From assembly GCA_045652705.1 (NCBI GenBank), contig JAZRUV010000008.1, positions 24,620 through 88,619 of the forward strand: 64,000 nt of DNA. The letters run 5' to 3'. Below, piece after piece: positions 31,694 through 40,645 of the stretch. A program made the position numbers and the translations under genes. This DNA comes from Clostridia bacterium. GTDB lineage: Bacteria; Bacillota; Clostridia; TANB77; CAG-465. Within the stretch, counting starts at the first letter, position 1, and each line of letters starts with the position of its first letter. Under the pieces are notes generated by a model. It saw nothing but the letters and a program-made list of their open reading frames with translations. It ran no database searches and was not told the origin of the DNA.

Positions 31694-32038
31694 ATGTTAG
31701 ACACTAAAGTTAAAGCAAGAGATGAGGGTGAGAATAACAAATCAATGCTTCGAGCTGTAGGGGTAGCAACATGTATTCGGCCCGCTGCAAATGTTTCCGG
31801 TATTCGGAAAGCAATGAACGGGTTGGCTGTTGTAGCATGCGGTATGCAGTATGGCGTTAACGCTGGTGAACGTATTGTGCTAGCTCCACAGTTCGAATCA
31901 GTTATTCTTTTGGAAAACGGTTGGATGGTGGCGTCCAGATATGGTATTTATAATATATACGACCGGGAGGGAAACATCTATAAAGGCCTTTCATTTCTTA
32001 AGGAGGAAAATGCAATTAAGTTTGCTAAAACTCTTTAA
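31694..32038 (+). CDS. hypothetical protein, ~114 aa, with WG-repeat-like segment
   Basis: start after aggagga; ENGWMVASRYGIYNIYDREGNIY; track ORF begins at 31652. Confidence 0.6.
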   Translation: MLDTKVKARDEGENNKSMLRAVGVATCIRPAANVSGIRKAMNGLAVVACGMQYGVNAGERIVLAPQFESVILLENGWMVASRYGIYNIYDREGNIYKGLSFLKEENAIKFAKTL

Positions 32039-32040
32039 AA

Positions 32041-32075
32041 ATATGATGGTGAGAATTCACCATCATATTTTTTTC
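32041..32075 (+). terminator. intrinsic terminator
   Basis: atatgatggtga-gaat-tcaccatcatat followed by T run. Confidence 0.85.
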
Positions 32076-32199
32076 CACAACTTCACACATTTAAATTGTA
32101 ATTGGTACAAAATTATATCGTATAATGTAGGTGTAGTAAGCAGTTACTACATTCATACACAAATGAATACATTTTCCCCTTAAGAGAGCAGCTGCTCTC

Positions 32200-32715
32200 T
32201 TAAATTTTGTTTAGATACATAGTTATCAAATAGTTATATTTTATAGCATGTTTCATTTCATCGGTCATAATATATAAAATTTTGTTATACAGTTCTTTGT
32301 TTGGCATATATGTTAAAATTTCTCTATATTTTTCTACAGCTTTTAATTCTCCCATAAAAGCCTTTTTAATACCATCTATATATGTTATCTTTGGATAATT
32401 TGTAGTTTCTGGCAAATTTGGTAAAACTACACCAGTAAGTTCTGTAAATACCTCCCTAAGTATTCTATTATGTATTTTTTCATCATCTCTTATGTTTGTT
32501 ATAATTTCTTTTGCTTCTTCTGTTGGTGCCATATTAATTAAGACTTCGTACATAGCTGCATCTTCTGCTTCGTCTGAAATAGAGTTCTTTACCATAGTAA
32601 CTGCAGTATTTAAATTGTATTGAGTACTTTTGTTTGTAAAATCTAATATCCAAGGTAGATTTTGCCTTGTTATATAATAATCGTCATAATTTGAATAATA
32701 GTTAAAGTAATCCAT
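32200..32715 (-). CDS. ferritin-like / rubrerythrin-like helical protein
   Basis: paired carboxylate-His helices: DEAEDAAMYEVLINMAPTEEAKEIITNIRDDEKIHNRIL and KAVEKYREIL..MTDEMKHAIKYNYLI. Confidence 0.65.
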   Translation of the reverse strand: MDYFNYYSNYDDYYITRQNLPWILDFTNKSTQYNLNTAVTMVKNSISDEAEDAAMYEVLINMAPTEEAKEIITNIRDDEKIHNRILREVFTELTGVVLPNLPETTNYPKITYIDGIKKAFMGELKAVEKYREILTYMPNKELYNKILYIMTDEMKHAIKYNYLITMYLNKI

Positions 32716-32818
32716 AATATACCTCCAATTTATATTATGATACCTCTTTTAATATTGTTACTTTTCTTTACTTTAGCATAAAATTATTATATAATATTAA
32801 AGTGTTCAGGAGGTATTT

Positions 32819-33475
32819 ATGGTAATAGTAATGCTTGGTGCTCAAGGAAGCGGTAAAGGTACAGTAGGCGTGGCTCTTGCAGAAGAGTTAAAGCTTGTGT
32901 ACATATCTACAGGAGAAATATTTAGAGAACATATACAAAAAGAAACTGGATTAGGAATAGAAGCTAATAAATATATATCGGCTGGTAATTTAGTTCCAGA
33001 TGAACTTACTACAAGAATATTGCAAGACAGACTTTCAAAACAAGATGTAATAGATAATGGAGCACTAATAGATGGATATCCAAGAACAGAAGAACAATGC
33101 AAAAAGCTAGATGAGATGTTAGAAACACAAAATAAAAAAGTGGATTTAGCCATTAATTTATCTGTAGATTATGACGAGCTAATTAGAAGAATTACAAACA
33201 GAAGACTATGTAAAGCTTGTAAGAAAGGTTATAATATAGAATATAATCCGCCAAAAGTCCAAGGTGTTTGTGATTTGTGTGGTGGAGAAGTTATACAAAG
33301 AGCCGACGACATTCCAAGCGCAGTTAAGAATAGATTAGATATTTACTATTCAAATGAAAAACCTGTTTTAGAGTATTACAAAAACAGTGGAGTGCTTAGA
33401 ATAGAAAAAGCAGGAGATAAAGTAGGAAGAACATCTAAAGATGTAACTGAAGATTTATTAAAAGAGTTAAAGTAG
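32819..33475 (+). CDS. adk: adenylate kinase (zinc-lid type)
   Basis: MLGAQGSGKGTVGVALAEEL; Zn lid CKAC/CDLCGG; first codon is GTG or ATG at ORF start. Confidence 0.95.
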   Translation: MVIVMLGAQGSGKGTVGVALAEELKLVYISTGEIFREHIQKETGLGIEANKYISAGNLVPDELTTRILQDRLSKQDVIDNGALIDGYPRTEEQCKKLDEMLETQNKKVDLAINLSVDYDELIRRITNRRLCKACKKGYNIEYNPPKVQGVCDLCGGEVIQRADDIPSAVKNRLDIYYSNEKPVLEYYKNSGVLRIEKAGDKVGRTSKDVTEDLLKELK

Positions 33476-33487
33476 AGGAAGATAATA

Positions 33488-34252
33488 ATGATATATATAA
33501 AATCTAAAAAAGATATTGAAGCTATGAAGGTCCCAGCAGAAATAATGAAAGAAGTTTTAAAAGAGATAGAAAAAAATATACGTGAAGGTGTTACGACAGC
33601 ATATTTAGATTATGTTGCGGAAAACGTAATGCTAAAACATGGGGCAATTCCATCTTTTAGAGGTGTAGAATGTCCATATAAAGGTGGCAAAACATATACA
33701 CACGCTACTTGTATAAGTGTAAACGAAGATATAATACACGGAATACCAAATTCAAAACCTTTAAAAAAAGGCGATGTTGTAAGCGTAGATGTTGGAGTAT
33801 ATAAAGGTGGGTTCCATGCAGATGCTGGCCGTACATTTATAGTAGGAGAGGGCTCTGCACTTGCTAAAAAATTAGTTAAAGTAACAGAGCAAGCATTCTT
33901 TGCTGGAGTAGATCAAGCAGTAGCAGGTAATAGAATTGGAGATATTTCAAACGCTATACAAACAGTAGTAGAAAATGCTGGATTTAATCTTTTAAGAGAA
34001 TATCAAGGACATGGAATAGGAAGGGAAATGCATGAAGACCCGGGTGTACCAAACATTGGTAAAAAAGGCAGAGGAGAGAGACTACAAGTTGGCATGGCTT
34101 TAGCCATTGAACCGATGGTTGTAGTAGGCTCGCCAGAAATTGTTGTAGGAAAAGATAAATGGACTGTTTCTACAAGAGATAGAAAACTATCTGCATATTA
34201 CGAAAACACAATTGTAATAACAGAAGATGGAGCAGAAATATTAACATTGTAA
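33488..34252 (+). CDS. map: methionine aminopeptidase
   Basis: VSVDVGVYKGGFHADAGRTF; YQGHGIGREMHEDPGVPN; AIEPMVV. Confidence 0.97.
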   Translation: MIYIKSKKDIEAMKVPAEIMKEVLKEIEKNIREGVTTAYLDYVAENVMLKHGAIPSFRGVECPYKGGKTYTHATCISVNEDIIHGIPNSKPLKKGDVVSVDVGVYKGGFHADAGRTFIVGEGSALAKKLVKVTEQAFFAGVDQAVAGNRIGDISNAIQTVVENAGFNLLREYQGHGIGREMHEDPGVPNIGKKGRGERLQVGMALAIEPMVVVGSPEIVVGKDKWTVSTRDRKLSAYYENTIVITEDGAEILTL

Positions 34253-34318
34253 TTTAAAAGTAGCGTGTATTTGAGTAATCTTATGCACGTTATTTGCTGA
34301 GAAAATTAACATCACCTG

Positions 34319-34347
34319 TTGACTTTCATTTTTGTTTAGTATAAACT
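34319..34347 (+). promoter_or_regulatory. candidate promoter for leader ORF/pilin-like gene
   Basis: TTGACT-17-TAAACT. Confidence 0.5.
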
Positions 34348-34375
34348 AAATACATAATAAAGGGGAATAAAACAA

Positions 34376-34438
34376 ATGAGAAATGTTGAAAGCCTTGGGG
34401 CTGTAGAGAGAGAGAGAGAGAGAGAGAGAGAACACTAA
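34376..34438 (+). CDS. candidate leader peptide MRNVESLGAVEREREREREH (20 codons) containing the (AG)n tract
   Basis: ATG preceded by aaagggg; stop at 34436-34438; not in the track because it is short. Confidence 0.4.
   Translation: MRNVESLGAVEREREREREH
34405..34430 (+). repeat. simple sequence repeat (AG)13
   Basis: 26 nt uninterrupted AG. Confidence 0.98.
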
Positions 34439-34483
34439 CTAATAGTGTTCTAAGTTGTCGTACCCTAAATAGTAAAATAAAAA

Positions 34484-34529
34484 GCAAGGTTAGCATAGAG
34501 TAAATATCTATGTTGGCTTTGCTCTTTTT
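34484..34529 (+). terminator. terminator/attenuator hairpin upstream of pilin-like gene
   Basis: 15-pair stem (with G-U pairs) 34484-34498 / 34508-34522 followed by tcttttt. Confidence 0.75.
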
Positions 34530-34556
34530 GCATGCAAAAAAGGAGGAGGTAAAAAT

Positions 34557-35819
34557 ATGCAAAACAAAAAGGCGGTATCATTAGTGGTACTAGTAATAAC
34601 AATAATAGTAATGATAATACTAGCAGGAACAATTATTCTATCAATAAACAACAGTGGAATAATAGAAAAAGCACAAAATGCAGTAGATGAAACAAATCTA
34701 CAAGAAGTGCAAACGTTAGCATCATTAAAGTGGGCAGAAGCATTCGTGGATGGTAATATAACACAAGAACAATTAGAAGAGGAAGTATTAAAAAGATTAA
34801 ATGAGGAAAATTTAGATTTAACACCATATGAAATAACAGTAACAGAAGATGGAGTAACAGTTGCTTTAAAAGGAAGTACAAAAGCATTTTGGGTACAAGA
34901 AGGACTAACAGTAACAAATGGGACAAATGTATTAACAATAGGAGATACAATAGCATATGATGAAACAAATGGAGGAAGCATAACAGGACTAACAGATGTA
35001 GAGTGGGCGGTATTAGGTGCAAATGATAAAGGCGAACTATTAATAATGTCAACAAGTAATGTAGTATCCTCATATAGATTAGGCTATGAGTCAACAATCA
35101 CAGACAGTGCAGCACAATTAGAAGAAAACCAAAATGATTGGTTAACTGGACCACAACAATTAGACAAACTTTGCGCGCCATATGGAAAAGGAGAAGGAGC
35201 AACAAGTGCAAGAAGCATAAGAGTAGAAGATATAAATAAAGTGACAGGATATGACCCGGAAACGGCGGGATTTGGAGAAGGCGAACTATCTGAATATGGA
35301 AACGAAGTAACATATTCATATAATGGGACAACAAATCCAGCATATTCAGGAAGTAATGGAGTGGCAGGAACATTAACTGATACGCACAATAATTTCTATT
35401 ATTATGACGGAGAAAAATTTGTAACAATAAGTGACTTAACGACAGGAACAAGTGGAACAACATTTGCAACGTTAAAGTCAATTAGTTATTCCTACTATCC
35501 AACGACTCTAACAAACAGTTCAGCAGGAGAGTTAAAAGGGATAGGCAAAGATACAAAAGCATATATAATGTTATTTAGAAATAGTGAAAACACATCAAAC
35601 GTGAACTATTGGCTTGCCTCTCCTTGTGTTTATACGGCCTTTTTCAATGTTATGTTCAGCATGAGATATCTGTATGACGGTCATGTCAGTGGGCATAGAT
35701 TGTGGGATTCGGATGGGTACGCCCTCTACGACTTAGATTCTCATGGCGTGCGTGCGGTAGTTTCTTTGAGCTCAGATATCCAGCTTGCAGGAGCGTCTGA
35801 TACAGGATGGAGTTTCTAG
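34557..35819 (+). CDS. type IV pilin-like surface protein with DUF6273/C-type-lectin-like variable C-terminus
   Basis: N-term KKAVSLVVLVITIIVMIILAGTIIL; C-term NYWLASPCVYTAFFNVMFSMRYLYDGHVSGHRLWDSDGYALYDLDSHGVRAVVSLSSDIQLAG. Confidence 0.75.
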   Translation: MQNKKAVSLVVLVITIIVMIILAGTIILSINNSGIIEKAQNAVDETNLQEVQTLASLKWAEAFVDGNITQEQLEEEVLKRLNEENLDLTPYEITVTEDGVTVALKGSTKAFWVQEGLTVTNGTNVLTIGDTIAYDETNGGSITGLTDVEWAVLGANDKGELLIMSTSNVVSSYRLGYESTITDSAAQLEENQNDWLTGPQQLDKLCAPYGKGEGATSARSIRVEDINKVTGYDPETAGFGEGELSEYGNEVTYSYNGTTNPAYSGSNGVAGTLTDTHNNFYYYDGEKFVTISDLTTGTSGTTFATLKSISYSYYPTTLTNSSAGELKGIGKDTKAYIMLFRNSENTSNVNYWLASPCVYTAFFNVMFSMRYLYDGHVSGHRLWDSDGYALYDLDSHGVRAVVSLSSDIQLAGASDTGWSF

Positions 35820-35848
35820 TGCTTGGACAGCCGTAAAATAGGATGGTT

Positions 35849-35889
35849 AAAACTCGAAGGTTAAGGAGGAATCCATACCTTCGAGTTTT
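35849..35889 (+). repeat. inverted repeat just downstream of the variable-tail gene
   Basis: aaaactcgaaggt-(15 nt)-accttcgagtttt, perfect 13-bp arms. Confidence 0.85.
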
Positions 35890-35900
35890 GCGTTGCGAAC

Positions 35901-35929
35901 TTGCAAACGTTACATAATTATGATATACT
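35901..35929 (+). promoter_or_regulatory. promoter of 35964 ORF
   Basis: TTGCAA-17-TATACT. Confidence 0.55.
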
Positions 35930-35963
35930 ATTGTGGTATACTAGATAATTCCTAAAATAATTA

Positions 35964-36356
35964 TTGAAAGGAGTATTTGTTTTGAACAAAGCTGTACTTA
36001 TAGAAGAATTGGACCGTGTTGGTGTTATCGTGACTTCGTATGAATTTACTGCGTCAGGATATGTACTGGAGCTCAAACTGGATTGGAGAAAAGCCACTGG
36101 CTGGGAAGAACTTGAACACCTGCCAATTGTGGGAATAGAACTGGCTAAGATTAGATATACAGGTGCGTATACACGGAAAGTGCTGTTCGTTCCTAGCAAC
36201 AGCAAAGAATTTAAAGACTACGTTAACAAGCATATAAAATATTTTGGATTGGGAAAGCAGAAAGCGCTTAGCGATTTGCAAGAAACGGTTGAAAAGTTCG
36301 GTAAGAAATATACAAAAGTAGAGCTTTCTAATTATATTAAAAGGGTTGGAAAGTAA
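35964..36356 (+). CDS. hypothetical protein, 130 aa
   Basis: ORF with SD-like aaaggag, promoter and downstream terminators. Confidence 0.65.
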   Translation: MKGVFVLNKAVLIEELDRVGVIVTSYEFTASGYVLELKLDWRKATGWEELEHLPIVGIELAKIRYTGAYTRKVLFVPSNSKEFKDYVNKHIKYFGLGKQKALSDLQETVEKFGKKYTKVELSNYIKRVGK

Positions 36357-36421
36357 CAGATTTAACAAAAATGTAATATATGTGGGTACAAAATTTGTGC
36401 CCATATATTTTTTGCTAATTT

Positions 36422-36455
36422 TTTTGCTACAAATTCACATAAATTTGTAGCAAAA
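36422..36455 (+). terminator. intrinsic terminator/inverted repeat
   Basis: ttttgctacaaatt-cacata-aatttgtagcaaaa, 14-bp stem. Confidence 0.7.
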
Positions 36456-36457
36456 CG

Positions 36458-36486
36458 TTGACTTTGCAGCTCAAATACGTTATAAT
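36458..36486 (+). promoter_or_regulatory. sigma-A promoter of infA-alpha segment
   Basis: TTGACT-17-TATAAT. Confidence 0.7.
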
Positions 36487-36559
36487 TTACTTGTTAAGTT
36501 ATGCAAACTGGAGAAGTTTGCTAAATTAATGTTAAAACTCTAGAAAATAGGAGGAAAAT

Positions 36560-36778
36560 ATGGCAAAAGATGACGTTATAGAAGTTGAAGGAACAGTAGT
36601 AGAATCAATGCCTAATGCAGTATTTAAAGTTGAACTAGAAAACGGACATGTAGTAACAGCACATATTTCTGGAAAACTTAGAATGCATTATATTAAAATT
36701 TTACCAGGAGATAAAGTAAAATTAGAGCTTTCTACATACGACCTTACAAAAGGCAGAATAGTATGGAGAGACAAATAA
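36560..36778 (+). CDS. infA: translation initiation factor IF-1
   Basis: [32 protein letters not shown]. Confidence 0.98.
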   Translation: MAKDDVIEVEGTVVESMPNAVFKVELENGHVVTAHISGKLRMHYIKILPGDKVKLELSTYDLTKGRIVWRDK

Positions 36779-36892
36779 TTTAATGTTGGTATAATCAAAC
36801 GCTAGAGCGGCTGTATGAGTAGGGTGTACAACTCATATATTTAGTGTTTGTTATATATATACACAGATAGTGGTTTAAGGAGGAAATACAAA

Positions 36893-37006
36893 ATGAAAGT
36901 AAGACCATCTGTAAAGAAAATTTGCGAAAAGTGCAAAGTAATCAGAAGAAATGGTGTGGTTAGAGTTATATGCGAAAACCCTAAACACAAACAAAGACAA
37001 GGTTAG
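36893..37006 (+). CDS. rpmJ: 50S ribosomal protein L36
   Basis: [37 protein letters not shown] (37 aa, below track cutoff). Confidence 0.97.
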   Translation: MKVRPSVKKICEKCKVIRRNGVVRVICENPKHKQRQG

Positions 37007-37018
37007 GAGGAGCTTAAA

Positions 37019-37390
37019 ATGGCACGTATAGCAGGAGTAGATTTACCTAAAAATAAAGTTGTTGAAATTGGTTTAACAGCAATATATGGTATAGGTAGAA
37101 CATCAGCAAAAAAAATAATGGCTGAAGCAAATATCGATTCTTCAAAAAGAATTAAAGATTTAACTGAAGAAGAAGAAGCTAAAATAAGAGAGATAATCGA
37201 AAGAGATTATCTTGTAGAAGGAGACCTTAAGAGAGAAGTTTCTTTAAATATTAAGAGACTTATGGAAATTGGTTGCTACAGAGGAATCAGACACAAAAGA
37301 AAACTTCCAGTAAGAGGTCAAAGAACTAAAACAAATGCAAGAACAAGAAAAGGCCCTAGAAAAGTAGTGGCTAATAAGAAAGGAGTATAA
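37019..37390 (+). CDS. rpsM: 30S ribosomal protein S13
   Basis: [13 protein letters not shown]; [17 protein letters not shown]. Confidence 0.98.
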   Translation: MARIAGVDLPKNKVVEIGLTAIYGIGRTSAKKIMAEANIDSSKRIKDLTEEEEAKIREIIERDYLVEGDLKREVSLNIKRLMEIGCYRGIRHKRKLPVRGQRTKTNARTRKGPRKVVANKKGV

Positions 37391-37393
37391 GAC

Positions 37394-37786
37394 ATGGCAC
37401 CAGCAAAGAAAAAAACAACTAAAAGAAAAGTTAAGAAGAACGTTGCAAGTGGTGTTGCACACATCCATTCATCATTCAACAATACTATCGTTAGCATGAC
37501 TGATGAACAAGGTAACTTATTATCTTGGTCAAGTGCAGGTTCGCTTGGATTTAAAGGTTCTAGAAAAAATACTCCATTTGCAGCAAGTGAAGCAGCAACA
37601 GTTGCAGCTACTGCAGCAAAAGAACATGGTTTAAGAAAAGTATCAGTAAATATTAAGGGGCCTGGAGCTGGACGTGAAGCAGCAATTCGTGCGCTTCAAA
37701 CAGCAGGATTGGAAATAGATACAATTAAAGACGTAACTCCAATACCTCACAATGGTTGCAGACCACCTAAGAGAAGAAGAGTTTAG
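37394..37786 (+). CDS. rpsK: 30S ribosomal protein S11
   Basis: [22 protein letters not shown]; [18 protein letters not shown]. Confidence 0.98.
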   Translation: MAPAKKKTTKRKVKKNVASGVAHIHSSFNNTIVSMTDEQGNLLSWSSAGSLGFKGSRKNTPFAASEAATVAATAAKEHGLRKVSVNIKGPGAGREAAIRALQTAGLEIDTIKDVTPIPHNGCRPPKRRRV

Positions 37787-37801
37787 TGGGGGTGAAGAAA
37801 A

Positions 37802-38431
37802 GTGGCAAGATATACAGGAGCAAGTTGTAAGAGATGCAGACGCGAAGGACAAAAATTGTTCTTAAAAGGAGCAAGATGTAACACAGGTAAATGTGCTATA
37901 GAAAGAAGAAATTATGCACCAGGACAACACGGAAAAAACAAAGTGAAATTATCTGAATATGGTTTACAACTTCGTGCTAAACAAAAAGCTAAAGTTTACT
38001 ATGGAGTAAGTGAATCACAATTCGTTAAATATTATGAAGAAGCATTTAGAAGAGAAGGAGTTACTTCAGACATTCTATTTGGATTACTTGAAACAAGACT
38101 AGATAACGTATGCTACAGAATGGGTATAGGAACATCTAGACGTGAAAGCCGTCAATTAGTTGGATATGAAATGATTACTGTAAATGGTAAAAAAGTAAAT
38201 ATCCCATCTTACCAAGTTAGAGTTGGTGATGTTATAGCTATAAGAGCAGACAAAAAAGATAATAGTACAATGAAAATTATGGCTGAAAATGTTAAAGCTA
38301 AAAATATAGTTCCATGGTTAGAAATGGACAAAGAAAAATTAGAAGCTAAAGTATTAAGAATACCAGCAAGAGCTGACGTAGATCTTGAAGTAGCTGAGAA
38401 CCTAATTATTGAGTTATACTCTAAGAACTAG
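37802..38431 (+). CDS. rpsD: 30S ribosomal protein S4
   Basis: MARYTGASCKRCRREGQKLFLKG; S4 domain. Confidence 0.98.
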   Translation: MARYTGASCKRCRREGQKLFLKGARCNTGKCAIERRNYAPGQHGKNKVKLSEYGLQLRAKQKAKVYYGVSESQFVKYYEEAFRREGVTSDILFGLLETRLDNVCYRMGIGTSRRESRQLVGYEMITVNGKKVNIPSYQVRVGDVIAIRADKKDNSTMKIMAENVKAKNIVPWLEMDKEKLEAKVLRIPARADVDLEVAENLIIELYSKN

Positions 38432-38504
38432 TAAATAGATAAATTTTTAAAACTAACAAAATTATGTGTACGTGTAATCAGAGCGTACAGATAGGAGGAT
38501 TAAT

Positions 38505-39464
38505 ATGTTAGAAATGAAAAGACCAGAGATAAATTGTGTTGAAATAGATGTAGACACATATTATGCTAAGTTCGTTGTAGAACCACTTGAAAGGGGATTT
38601 GGAATTACCTTAGGTAATTCACTAAGAAGAATACTTCTTTCATCACTTCCAGGATATGCAATAAATACTTTGAAAATAGACAAAGTAGCACATGAATTTT
38701 CAACAATTCCAGGTGTATCTGAAGATGTTACAAATATAATTCTTAATTTAAAAGAAGTATGTTTAAAAGCTCTAAATCCTGAAGATACTGATGTTAAAAC
38801 ATTAAAAATATCTAAAAAAGGAGCTGGCGAAGTAACAGCAGCAGATATAGTTACTGATGGAACACTTGAAGTTATAAACCCAGATTTACATATAGCATAC
38901 CTTGATGATGATGGCGAACTTGAAGTAGAGATGACTGCAATAAAAGGTAGAGGATATATTTCTGGAGACAAAAATAGAGATGAAAACGGTGGAGCAATAA
39001 ACACTTTACCAATAGATTCTTTATTTACTCCAGTTAGAAAAGCAAACTTCATAGTAGATAAAACAAGAGTTGGTCAAGAAATAGATTTCGATAAACTTAC
39101 ACTTGAAATTTGGACTAATGGAGTTATAGAGCCATATGAAGCATTATCTATGGCTGCAAGAATACTAAATGAACATTTAGAGTTGTTTATAGACTTATCT
39201 GACATTGCTAAAAACATGTCAATAATGTCTCAAAAAGAATTATCTGAAAAAGATAAAATGCTTGAAACTCCAATTGAAGATTTAGAATTCTCAGTAAGAT
39301 CATACAACTGCTTAAAGAGAGCAGGAATACATACTGTTGCAGATATATTATCTAGAACAGAACATGATATGATGAAGGTTAGAAACCTTGGTAAGAAATC
39401 TTTAGATGAAGTAGTAGCAAAAGTTGCTTCTCTAGGATTATCTTTCAAAAAACCAGAAGAATAA
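38505..39464 (+). CDS. rpoA: DNA-directed RNA polymerase subunit alpha
   Basis: VVEPLERGFGITLGNSLRRILLSSLPGYA; alpha-CTD. Confidence 0.98.
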   Translation: MLEMKRPEINCVEIDVDTYYAKFVVEPLERGFGITLGNSLRRILLSSLPGYAINTLKIDKVAHEFSTIPGVSEDVTNIILNLKEVCLKALNPEDTDVKTLKISKKGAGEVTAADIVTDGTLEVINPDLHIAYLDDDGELEVEMTAIKGRGYISGDKNRDENGGAINTLPIDSLFTPVRKANFIVDKTRVGQEIDFDKLTLEIWTNGVIEPYEALSMAARILNEHLELFIDLSDIAKNMSIMSQKELSEKDKMLETPIEDLEFSVRSYNCLKRAGIHTVADILSRTEHDMMKVRNLGKKSLDEVVAKVASLGLSFKKPEE

Positions 39465-39482
39465 TAGTAGGAGGAAAATAAA

Positions 39483-40007
39483 ATGCCAGGAACAAATAGA
39501 CTATCAAGAACAAAAGGAGCTAGGGATGCACTATTAAAAGGGCTAGTTACACAACTAATACAAAATGGTAAAGTTGAAACTACTCTTGCTAAAGCTAAGG
39601 AAGTTAAACCATTAGCAGATAGCATAATTAGTCTTGCAATTAAAGAGGCACCTAATTTTGAATCAAAGGAAAAAACAGTATCTAGAGCAAAATTAGATAA
39701 AAACGGTAAAAAAGTTAAAGTAGAAAAAACTTCTAAAAACGGTAAAAAATATCAAGTAGTAGATAGAGAAATCGTAAAAGCCACTGTTAAAGTAGACAAA
39801 CCATCTAAACTAGCTGCTAGAAGAAAAATGTTTAAATTAATAAACAAAATCCACGATTCAAAAGGAAATACTATAGATTTAACAGACAAATTGTTTGATG
39901 AAATCGCTCCTAAATACGAAGCAGGTAAAGGTGGTTATACAAGAATCACTAAACTTGTTGCTAGACGTGGCGATGCAGCTGAAATGGCTATAATCGAATT
40001 AATATAA
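39483..40007 (+). CDS. rplQ: 50S ribosomal protein L17, enlarged (174 aa)
   Basis: [38 protein letters not shown]...[24 protein letters not shown] with ~45-50 aa internal insertion. Confidence 0.95.
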   Translation: MPGTNRLSRTKGARDALLKGLVTQLIQNGKVETTLAKAKEVKPLADSIISLAIKEAPNFESKEKTVSRAKLDKNGKKVKVEKTSKNGKKYQVVDREIVKATVKVDKPSKLAARRKMFKLINKIHDSKGNTIDLTDKLFDEIAPKYEAGKGGYTRITKLVARRGDAAEMAIIELI

Positions 40008-40021
40008 TAAGTACACAGAGA

Positions 40022-40049
40022 CGGGTTACATTATGTAGCCTGTTTTTCT
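40022..40049 (+). terminator. intrinsic terminator of the alpha segment
   Basis: ggttacat-t-atgtagcc type stem followed by tgttttt. Confidence 0.6.
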
Positions 40050-40077
40050 TGCAATTGCAGGATATCTGTGATATAAT
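40049..40077 (+). promoter_or_regulatory. candidate promoter
   Basis: TTGCAA-17-TATAAT preceded by TGTGA. Confidence 0.55.
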
Positions 40078-40124
40078 ACGGAAGAAATAAACTAAACCTA
40101 AAAATAATTATTGGAGGGAAATGT

Positions 40125-40604
40125 ATGATTGTTCTAATTCTTGGTTGTGTGCCCTTGCTGTTGGCATTTAGTTGGCATTGGATAGCGGGAGTTGTAGTAA
40201 GCGCAATATGTCTTTTGTTGCTTTTGCTTCCTATAGAAGGTTTTGAAGAAACAGAAAAAGACGACATTGAACTTATAAGATTAAAGAGAGGCAAAAATGA
40301 TCACACCTATTATATTGAGATAATTGGTAAAAACAAGGTTATCTTCGCTTATGATAATAGCGATATGTATGATTTAAATGGCGGAGCCTATGAAGAAGAT
40401 TTTAGAAAAGGTAAGATTAAAGTATATGAATCAAGCGAGTGTGAAGAACCTATTTTAAGAAGCTATACAACTAGACCTTCAAGAGAGTTCTTTACATTTG
40501 CACCGTTTTCTACCAAAAGAGAGTATGTTTTTTATGTGCCTGAAGGAACAGTTATTAATTATCAATACAAACGTTTTGAAACAAATCATGAAGAGGTAGT
40601 ATGA
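40125..40604 (+). CDS. membrane-anchored hypothetical, paralog of the next ORF
   Basis: N-terminal TM; YYIEIIGKNKVIFAYDNSDMYDLNGGAYEEDFRKGKIKVYESSECEEPILRSYTT. Confidence 0.65.
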   Translation: MIVLILGCVPLLLAFSWHWIAGVVVSAICLLLLLLPIEGFEETEKDDIELIRLKRGKNDHTYYIEIIGKNKVIFAYDNSDMYDLNGGAYEEDFRKGKIKVYESSECEEPILRSYTTRPSREFFTFAPFSTKREYVFYVPEGTVINYQYKRFETNHEEVV

Positions 40605-40645
40605 ACTATTTTAAAATGCATAACAAGTATTAGGAGGAATGATTT

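Noticed and set aside
34326-34562. Minus-strand 78-aa ORF with LSLSLSLSL tract
   Set aside because: Produced by reading the (AG)13 repeat in antisense; lies over promoter and terminator elements.
34557-35819. Complete DGR locus within the window
   Set aside because: Only a candidate variable region is visible; no reverse transcriptase, accessory Avd gene or template repeat recognised here.
34508-36205. Minus-strand ORFs 34508-34981, 34633-35097, 35098-35481 and others
   Set aside because: Antisense to the pilin-like gene; low-complexity Leu/His translations.
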